Source: Bigelowiella natans CCMP2755 (lineage: Eukaryota > Protista > Cercozoa). Taken from it: a DNA stretch of 64,000 nucleotides. How positions within the stretch are numbered: the stretch's first letter is position 1; every line of letters begins with the position of its first letter. This document shows positions 54,726 through 64,000 of this stretch, in pieces. Under the pieces are notes generated by a model. It saw only the letters and a program-made list of their open reading frames with translations. It ran no database searches and was not told the origin of the DNA. The stretch lies in contig ADNK01000048.1 of NCBI GenBank assembly GCA_000320545.1, positions 124,001-188,000 on the forward strand. Direction: 5' to 3'. The translations under genes and the position numbers were made by a program.

Positions 54726-57700
54726 CGAATCACCTTCCGTCGCTCAGATAAGTTGAACAAAAATGTAGGGGAGAATTGGAAACTCCACGTACCAACTACG
54801 ATCGCCGGAAAAATGCTCGGGGAATCTTAGCTACAAGCATTATTCTAACATTGGATAGCACTCAAATAAACAAGTAATACGATTGTTTTCTTCGTCACAC
54901 TTGTAGCTTGAGATATTCAGACAAGATGATTATTCCTTTCCAGAATTAAAAATGACTTCATGTGGGGAGTTGGTAAAAAACCAAACTCCAGAAAACGGCC
55001 GAGGTCACACATATCGATAACCGGTTTCATAGAAATTATGATGGATAGTGTGCGCGCAGAGGTAACTGAGATGTCAAGCATTGTTCTTATGTGTTCAACA
55101 TCTGAGAAGATATTTGTGAATCAGGATTTCAATGCATCAAGGGAGGAAATGATTTCGTCCCTTATGGAACTTTTCGACCAGATGGATTTAGATGGGAACG
55201 GGACTCTGGACTTCAAAGAGTTCTTAGCAACAATAGTTCATCTTGGCTTATCTGGTGCCGACAAGCTCGTTCTCAATCCTATCAAGCAATACGTCGAAGG
55301 GCCATGCGAGAAAAATCAGAGGAATCCAACAAAGCAATTTTGCAAATATATCCCATCACTAAATAGGGTGATGATCAAGGAAGGCCAAGCAGGAGTCATA
55401 AAGTTCGTCGATGTGGACAATTTCAAAAAAGTGAAGAAGGCAATAAATCTGGACCAAAAAGGAATTCTCGGGTGCGAATTTATAGATATGGGAAGCGAGA
55501 CCCAAAACCTGATAGCCACTGCAACCACCCAACATCTGACTTTCTGGGGCAATCTGCACACTAGCCGTGTCACTATGATGGATGAGATCATGACACGTCA
55601 GCCGCAAACCTGCATCAAGTGGATTTCCAAAGCCAACGCACTGTTCACAGGCACTTCGACTGGGAGAGTGCATTGGTGGAAGGTATCAATAGAGAATGGG
55701 AAGGGCTCAAAGGGTAAATGCAGTCGGACCAGGGTACTGCATACTTTCCAGGGACACGAGGGCGTCGTGACCGCCATCCAGATGATTCCGAGTATGGACC
55801 TGTTACTTACAGCATCCCTTGATACCACAGTGAGGCTTTGGGATCTGGTAAAGAGGAAAGAAAAGTTCAAGTTTTGTGGCCACAATGCAGGGGTGGTAGA
55901 CTTGGCGTACTCTGAAGAATACAGATTCTTGCTTTCCGCTGGAATCGATCATGACGTCTGCGTATGGAGCCCCTTTGCTGATAGGCTCGTCTTCAAACTC
56001 AAAGGGCACGGATCGCCCCTAGTTGGCGTTGAGTTTGTAACCGGCACCCCGCAGATTGTCACCGCGGATGCAGAGGGATGGATCAAAATATGGGATGCAA
56101 GAAACTTCGCTTGCGTCCAAACATTTCTTACGACAAACAAAATCTGCGGCTTTGCAACCACCTCAGTGAAACATAAGCGGATGCTTGTCTCGAGTCTATG
56201 GAGCATCTTTTCCTTCGACCAGGAGGGGGGACCCTATTGTAAGATCGAAGGGGAGGATAAGGAAACTATGGTAGTCTACAATGAGAAACTGCTCAGCTTC
56301 CTGACCGGGGGTGTGGAGATGGTCAAGGTCTGGAATGCCCTCAACGGAAAAATTGTCAAGATGTTCCGTGGATTGGTCAAGGACGATATATCTTGCATGT
56401 GTTTAGATCAGAGAGGGAGAAAATTCATCATCGGTACCCTCTCGGGTCAGCTGGAAGTTTATAACTACCAGAATGGTCAGCATATGAAGACCTTGCAAGG
56501 CCACAAAGGCGAGATCATCCACCTGGCGTACGGGGTGAATTCCACGTTGTTGGTTTCGATCGGCGCGGATCACATCATTCAAGTTCATGACGAGGGCCCA
56601 GTCGAGCGCTCCCCTGTGCTGGTAACGATTCCTGTGCATTTGGAGGATAGAGTGGAGATCCTCGGATACGATGTATCATTTACCATGCGTCTGGTTGCGT
56701 TGGGATGTAACGACGGATCCTTGCATATTTGGGATATCGACACAGGGAAGCTTGAGCATACATTCCACGAGGTTAAGGATCGATCTTGCGTTAAGTTTCT
56801 GGGAAATCTTCCCTTAATCGCTGCTGCTGATGAAGAGGGAGAGGTGAAGGTGTATGTGGTGCGCCCTTGGAACACACATACCCATCATTGCATGGCCAGC
56901 TTCCAAAATACCCCTTCGGACGAAGCCGACGAGGAAGGGGAGATTCCTCACATTACCTCCCTAGCGTTTTCAGGCTCCTCAAACACAATATTCACAGGAG
57001 AAGATAATGGCTGGATAAAGGCCTGGGATATCTCCGCTTTCGTAAACAAGATAGGTCTGGTTCCTATCAAGGTGAAAGATGACATGAATTGCAACCCATT
57101 GCACTTGCTGTCGGACTTCTGTAACACCACAACCGGCGCCCTCTCCTCCGTTCCGTATGGGCGCATGGATATTAAGCCCCTCTGGAAGAAAGACATAAAT
57201 ATGAAGGTGAGGACGATTCAAGTTAGCGAAAATCCCCAGCACCTGCTGCTAACACCACTAGACACGTCCGCCCCCACGCTCCTCAGCTTCGAGGGCAAGA
57301 TAATCGGAAAATTGAAAAAATCATCATTGTTCAAGGCGCTCAATGAGGTACGGTAACGAACATTTGTGCCCTTAAGTAGATACTGATGCTTCGTGATTTG
57401 CCACAGAAGAAGAGCATGTGGGACTTCCACCCCGACGTGGAGGCGCTTCATCACAAATCCAAGTGTAGAATGGATGCAGTAACAAAGCAAATCGAAGCGG
57501 AATCTAAGAATAAAGGAGCAGGATTGGTACTGCGCCCCATCGAGAGAGATAAGTATCTTCATGTGCTGATTTTGTGGCATTTTCAGACCGCCAATACAAC
57601 AACCGGCAGCGGCCAGTCTAGTGACTTCCAAAAGCTCAAGGAGAACATGCTCGCCAGAATTAGTACGATATACAACGCCATTTTTAAGTCTTCGGAGATT

Positions 57701-58329
57701 TGACAAGATATACGCTTTCGTCGTGTGTTGTTATTCTTAACAGGTCTGGAAGCTATCTCCGAGTCAAAGCTTGTGGATCCTGCACCCCCGAAAAGAGCCC
57801 ATCCTCCAAAGAGACCCGATCCCATCACGAGAACTCGGCAGTTGTGGAAAGGTTTTGATTATTTCCCTGAAACTATGCTGTGGAGAGACTGCTCATTCCT
57901 CACTTTCTTGCAGCGAAAAAAAGCCGCGAACCATTTCAAGTCCCTGCCCTTGGCGAAACGGGCAGAGCGGAGATACTCCGTAAGAAGATGATGGAGATGA
58001 AAGGGAGGCCCTCGAGCATACTGACTCGAATAGGAAAGTCACTGACTGGAGAGGATTATTTCCGTAACGTCTCACCTCCTTCTCGGAAATCGCAACCGTT
58101 GCACGTGACACTCAAGAACAGCAAGTAAGCTCTCTATCATCGAAAGTTTTACGCTGTGCCGTCCATTTTTTTCATTCTCTTGTTGCCACACTATCGTAGA
58201 GGAAGGACGTCATCGCAAGTCTCCGAGACTCGAGGAAACTTTGCGCTCGAGAAGGGGGTTGCTGAGAGCATGAATGAATCGCAAAGGTATGCAGCGCTCA
58301 ACCTCCATGAAGCTATGATGACGCTGTGA
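54637..58329 (+). CDS. EF-hand plus WD40-repeat protein (WDR49/EFCAB8-like, probably ciliary)
   Basis: ATG in CCACCATGG context. Canonical EF loop DLDGNGTLDFKE, then more than 10 WD repeats (GHEGVV..TASLDTTVRLWD; GHNAGV..SAGIDHDVCVW; GHGSPLVG..WIKIWD). Terminal exons end at TGA 58329. Confidence 0.88.
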
Positions 58330-58455
58330 CTGATGGGAACCAAACAGACGAAGGCGCATTTCAATAGAATCGCAAGATGCAACTGATTTGTAATTTGCAC
58401 ACAACTTACATTGCTCATTACCTTTCATAGATTACTGCTACTAAATGACACTACA

Positions 58456-58500
58456 TGTGTGTGTGTGTGTGTGTGTGCGCGCGCGCGCGCGCGCACGCAT
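58456..58500. repeat. (TG)n(CG)n alternating purine-pyrimidine tract with Z-DNA potential
   Basis: TGTGTG...GCGCGCGCGCGCGCGCGCACGCAT, about 130 bp after the WD40 gene stop. Confidence 0.8.
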
Positions 58501-59215
58501 CGCAGCTAGCTGCTAAAAGCACATGCAGACAGTTGTCGGCAACAAAAAACCAGCCAGCAGACTCTGCTAGTCTGCCTTGGTGATATTTGCACTTGCGATG
58601 CTAGTTTGACAGCTCGGCTTCAATGATGCCACTACACCATCGCATGCTAGCATGACAGAACCTAGCCGCGACGATGCATGCTAACATGACAACGTCTTGG
58701 CATGCATCATCAGTGCATTTCATTGCATGCTCCTCGATCTTGTGCCCGGCGATGCAGCGCAGCAGCAGGTAGAGCATGCCCCAGTTTTTTTTTTCCCAAC
58801 TACAATCAGTAGGGGAATGCCGCAAAATTCGCAACCCAAAACATCTCCTACAACTGCTGAATGGGCCACCCTAATGTAGCTATCCAAAGTAGCGGCTACA
58901 GCGCGAAAGTTCTGTGTCATGTGTCATGTGCTTCATGCATTTGACAGTATGTTTGGATACACGCGCATAGCTCTACGAACCACGCTAGCACAGCATATAA
59001 GCAGTCTACTACCTAGGAGATTCGATAGTGATGAGACATCACACGGGGCGGAATTATTTCAATCACGCTGGCCTCTTATAATAACGTAACGAGCCGCGAC
59101 TTTTCCTGACACTAAATAAATATGCTTACATAGCCTAATAATGATAATCTTCTATATAATCTAGCTACTTCCAGCAAACGGCAAGCCAGAGCTAATTCGA
59201 TTTCCGTATTGTTTA

Positions 59216-59764
59216 TTAATCGCGCTTTGAACGCCCAGGAAAGAACACTTTATAAGTCAAACCCAGGACGACGAGCACCAGCATTGCCACAATCTGTTAC
59301 AAGATAAAGGCGGAAAAGAAGGCATCGATCAGGATCCAACGTAACGATGCTCAACCAATTTCTAGGTAAACAAGAACGTACCCCTATAAGCAAGAGGATG
59401 ACGGAATCGCGATCTGCAGCTTGAAACCATAAGGGAAGAAGGGCAACGACACAGAAAACAAGATCATCAATGCCCCATTTAGTGATAGGTGTAGCAGAGA
59501 AGAAAAGCTCATTTATCGTGCAGGAAGAGCAACTTGGTGTTTATGCATGATGAAGTCGCAATGAAATGCCGGAATGTTTGGCGCGAAGACACACATCCGC
59601 GCAACACCTTGGGCAGTTGATGATACGACGGCACTGCTGTCACTTGCTTTAAACGCATTTCGCAAGCGATCAAAATCCTCCTCGAGGTCTCGGAAATGGC
59701 TCTGATGAGGGGAGACGATGTAGCCATTTGTCGTAACAATGCGAGAAAGTATGAGAAAGGAGGT

Positions 59765-59803
<39 letters not shown>

Positions 59804-59989
59804 GAATTAAGGGGTCACTTGATGGAAACATTTGTCGCAATTATTATCATCATCAACGTGGATTTGGTACACACCTCCAGATACAGCATCTTTAATCTTG
59901 TGACAGAAATGCGATCTCCAGGATGCACACTGGGAGTGGCTTTCCCAGCTTAGAGTAATACAGAAACAAGTCGTGGAGAGATGGTTATG

Positions 59990-60024
<35 letters not shown>

Positions 60025-60644
60025 ACTGCACCTTTTGCTTTTAAAAGGGCGTGAATAAATGATAAGCCATTAATATTACCTGTGAGCTTATCAATCTCCT
60101 GCGCTGCGAGGACTCCATCACCGTTCTCATCACACAGGGCAAAAATTGTCTGCACCTTTGCCTGAGGGAACACACATTGTGGGGTGTGGGAGCATGAATT
60201 AGCTCAAATCACTATTCTGTGGTCAACACGGTAACGAATCTTGTGGAAGGATAAGTTTGCTGACTTGATGCTTCTCGAGCTGTGTTTGCCGACCAGACTT
60301 GACCGAGTCAACAGCCCTAAGATGACGACGACAATGACGACAATCATCCGACAAATACGCATGATCTCGATAAGGATGGCGTGATCGATGGACAACAAAC
60401 AGCAGCGAAACGCCACAATTCGAAAGAACATCCCGCCAAACATTCTATTTTTTTTTATTTATTCAAGACAGTGTCTAGCAAGAATAGCACCTGAGCATCA
60501 GGTTGTATAGTACGCCACGTCGGCGAGCGAAGGCTTTGTATACTTCTTTCAGGCTCGGTCTGATAGATTGTACTATGTTCATCTGCTCATTATACAGCGT
60601 ACTCCTCTCCTCCTCCTCCTCCTCCTCCTCCTCCTCCTTCCCTT

Positions 60645-60677
<33 letters not shown>

Positions 60678-60768
60678 TTACAGCAGTAGTAGTAGTACTA
60701 CCCGAGTTTGGACGTTGCTCCAAGCTCCGAGCAGATAGTGAGGTACTTAGCTTGTGTCATGTGATCCC

Positions 60769-60808
<40 letters not shown>

Positions 60809-62558
60809 GTGTGTAATTCATTAAGAGTTGTGGTGTGTGGCAAGCAACAATCGTTCTCGATAGAGTGTGTCTTTAACGCAGTCGCAGTGCGCCTCTGCAA
60901 TCATACGCCTCCTCCCTCCCCGTCACCCACACTCTACTATGTTGTTTTTGTTGTTATTCGAGCGGTGGTGAAAGAGCACGATGACCAGGTTGTTGTGTGC
61001 GCCGAGGAAAATGCCGACAGAAGCATTGCAAGCTCGGAACGGTCCGAATATGTATTGCCGTCAAGGTCCAGCTAGATCGATGGCGGACCACCCACACACA
61101 CAATAAATAGGCACACGTACGCGCAAGTTATCCCCACTTTAATTCAGAAAGTTTACAGCAGAGGCCAATTTTTTACTTGTATAAGATATATTTATAACAT
61201 AAAGAATAAACGCCTTTACCATGTTGAAAACGCGCTGAATAGCTCTGCGTGTCTCAGCTTCGATCGCCTCCTCGGAGCCTCTTCCAGAAGATGGGGAACC
61301 AGTCTTCCCGCCCTCCGAGTAGCACTCACGATCAATGCGCTGGCAGCCAAGCCGGGACAGAGGGCACATCTTGATCATATTTATTTGTTAAGGAGGAAGG
61401 AACAAATTACAATAATATAATATATTTCCGCTCCTTGCCTCTCTTCTTAACTACACTGATCATATCTGTAGATATCACGGCAAAAAGTATGAAACGGCGG
61501 TATGGCGACCTGGAACGCGCATTTGCAGCACTCATTGCGGCTCTTATCACATGGAGGGCTGGTTTCGAATGACTGCAATGTAGATGGGAGACGCAGAAGA
61601 GAGGGGGGGAGAGGAAAGGGGGAGGAAGGAAAATAGTCAGGGAGGGTGTAAATAAGCTTAGAGTCTGCAAAAGAAAACACATGGAAGGCTCCCCCCTCAA
61701 TTTGTGGACACAGCTTAGGGTGGCGTAGATTATATGTAGAGTGTGTGTGTGGGGGGGGGGGGAGAATGCCAGAGAGACATAGGGAGAGAGAGAAAGAGAG
61801 AGGGAGAGAGAGAGAAGTATGAGCTAATATGTAAACGCTGCCATCTCGCCTTGGACACGTACCTCACACTGTGGGAGCAGGTTTCGACAGGTGTTGATGA
61901 TCTGATTGAGTGGCGAAATATGAGGTTTAAAACAAGTTTCATTTGTAAGGATGAACGAGGTACAAGAGAGTTGGTACAATAATACACGTGATGAGTTCGT
62001 TGTTTCGGCTCCATCGCTGCTTCTACACTTTACATATACTCTGCCCAAAGATTGGCAGTATTATTACCCCGCTCGTACAGAACGGATCGCCAGCAGCTAA
62101 GCCGATTTCTGCGCAATGATCTGCTGCTGTGTCCAGCTCACACTTGGATGCAAACCCGAATACGCCGGGTGCATGCCGCAGCATTAGCTCGTGGGACTGA
62201 GATAGACATGTGTTTGTGTGTGTGTGTTGTTTGTGAGTGTGAATTTTAAAGTGATCTGAGCTTGATGTGTTTTCTAAATTTGATTTCAATATACGCACCT
62301 TCATGACTACTGCGCCATCACCTCCGCTCTTGTAGTCAATCTCGATGACCGGCTCATTCATTTCTGGCTCAGTGTCTGAAGTAGCTCCAAGATCCATGAT
62401 GACCGACTCGTCTTTATTGGTCTCTGGATTACGAATTCTCGCAGTTCTAAGGGCAAAACCGAATTAAGATTTGGACACAGCAAGTCATTGAAGATGCGCA
62501 TACCTCGACGAATTTTTCCGTCTTTGAAAATCGCCGAGTGCAGGTGGCGGTTCGTCAT
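59216..62558 (-). CDS. EF-hand calcium-binding protein with Cys-rich N-terminal region and probable C-terminal TM segments (model approximate)
   Basis: Exons give AIQRVFNM|LDLDGNTYSDRSELAMLL and AKVQTIFALCDENGDGVLAAQE (two EF-hand-like loops). Hydrophobic end IVAMLVLVVLGLTYKVFFPGRSKRD*. Confidence 0.6.
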
Positions 62559-62981
62559 TGTTAATCGCTATGGATCTCTTCAATGAAATCGCTGTGGGAG
62601 CGAATAATAGTGCCAGCAGAACCACAAAAATATTTATCCTGGTAGTTACACACAAGAATATTCAAGGGTACGCCATCGAAGTGGACTGTCAGTGTTGCCA
62701 AAGAGCATTGTTGACCTAAATCCGGGTTCCATTGCGGGAAAGGGTGTGTGAAATGGTGAGGTAGTCGGAGAGGGCGACATCGCTCTTGCCATTGTCGTAC
62801 GTTGTAATTACCACCAAAATATCATCGAAATGATCAGTTCTAACAACTACTGCACATGACACTTGTTGCACTACAAAAATGAAAATGTTGCCAAAAGCAT
62901 TTCGGCGTGACTCAGATACCAGCATATCAACATAATTTTATTTATGAGTTTGAATATTTTCCCATATTCCCACAAGTAAGA

Positions 62982-63054
62982 GCCCGGTTAGCTCAGTCGG
63001 TAGAGCGTACGACTTTTAATCGTATGGCCGCGGGTTCAATTCCCGCATCGGGTA
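62982..63054 (+). tRNA. tRNA-Lys (anticodon UUU), intronless
   Basis: 73-nt cloverleaf: acceptor GCCCGGT/ATCGGGT, D arm GCTC/GAGC, anticodon arm TACGA-CTTTTAA-TCGTA, T arm GCGGG-TTCAATT-CCCGC, discriminator A. Confidence 0.96.
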
Positions 63055-63055
63055 C

Positions 63056-63061
63056 TTTTTT
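63056..63061 (+). terminator. Pol III oligo-dT terminator
   Basis: T6 run starting 2 nt after the tRNA 3' end. Confidence 0.8.
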
Positions 63062-63497
63062 CAGTTTTCCTCCTTAGGAGATTCTCGAGTGAGTATCTCA
63101 TTAGCTGGATTATTTTCATTTCTTTATTTTTTCGGTGTGGGATAAATTAAATCTCGGCTTGTAATGCTCGCAGGGAAGTTCTTCCTCCTCGGCTGTGTTC
63201 ACGAATCGAATTCTGGGAAAAATTGCAGACTTAGTTGCGAATAGAGTAATGCTTATTGAGACAGCGACATTTACCTATCGTACGAAATGCATGAAATTAC
63301 AGGAGAATTGGAGTAATTATGCGTCTTTCTTCTGCTCACCGGTGCCGATGAACATGTGGGTGGAAGGTCTGTCAATTTCAATGATTTGAGGATGAAAGAA
63401 ACCCTGCGACAAGGCATATTGCACAATTTGTTCCTTTTCTTCCTCCTCTTCGGAGAATGGCAAGCGGCTCGCAACAGAACTCAATAGCATTACAAAC

Positions 63498-64000
63498 ATG
63501 TCCTCTTCAAGCCAAGTAATTAACCAGCCCATCGATGCCTTCTACAATGTTAAGAAGTGCGTGGGAGACGGTACCAGCGCATCTGTTTACATTGCCAAAG
63601 ATACTAAAACCGGAGAAGTGGTTGCCATAAAGCACTTTTCCGAGGACATATTAAATTCTCCATATACCTTCCACCGCGAGAGATCTGCGATGAATCTCGT
63701 CTCCCATCGAAATGTCGCCAAATGTATTGCATCCTTTGCTGATTGGAAAGGTGCTCCTGCTATTGTGCTACCATATGCCCAAAATGGGGATCTACTTGAT
63801 TTCATGATAAAACACGGACCCCCCTCCGAGAAAATGTGTAGGACTATCCTATGCAAAATTTTTCACGCAATAAAAGCTTGTCACGACTCTGGGGTGATCC
63901 ATAGAGACATCAAGCCAGAAAACATTCTGCTTGATGCGAAATATCAACCTATTGTTTGTGATTTTGGTTACGCGGGGATTCCACTCTCATCCTCGTTATC
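63498..64000 (+). CDS. Ser/Thr protein kinase (CAMK-like), 5' part; continues beyond window
   Basis: VGDGTSASVYIAKDTKTGEVVAIK...HRNVAK...GDLLDF...HRDIKPENILLD...VCDFG in one intron-free frame. Confidence 0.93.
   Translation, partial: MSSSSQVINQPIDAFYNVKKCVGDGTSASVYIAKDTKTGEVVAIKHFSEDILNSPYTFHRERSAMNLVSHRNVAKCIASFADWKGAPAIVLPYAQNGDLLDFMIKHGPPSEKMCRTILCKIFHAIKACHDSGVIHRDIKPENILLDAKYQPIVCDFGYAGIPLSSSL

Overview
Eukaryotic nuclear DNA, about 45% GC by eye, intron-rich (GT-AG introns of roughly 45-500 nt, many full of microsatellites). It most likely comes from a flagellated protist: CSPP1 and an EF-hand/WD40 ciliary-type gene are present. The taxon cannot be fixed from sequence alone. Manual splicing gives 14 protein-coding units plus one tRNA. 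In order: CAMK/CDPK-type kinase (-, runs off the left edge), Tim17/23-family translocase (+), PH-domain protein (-), SLC35A nucleotide-sugar transporter (+), WDR55 (-), CSPP1-like (+), FLZ zinc-finger unit (-), CFIm25/NUDT21 (+), carbohydrate sulfotransferase (-), low-complexity hypothetical (+), HRQ1/RecQ4-type helicase (-), EF-hand/WD40 protein (+), EF-hand protein (-), tRNA-Lys(UUU) (+), Ser/Thr kinase (+, runs off the right edge). Highlights: (1) the HRQ1 helicase carries an in-frame N-terminal CDT1 geminin-binding-like domain; (2) all 14 units alternate strand; (3) every convergent spacer shows a palindromic CTAG/CATG/TGCA-rich signature; (4) a 59-aa microprotein carries a plant-type FLZ finger. 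CDS coordinates are gene spans that include introns. Most short ORFs in the supplied track are artefacts of microsatellites or antisense frames.
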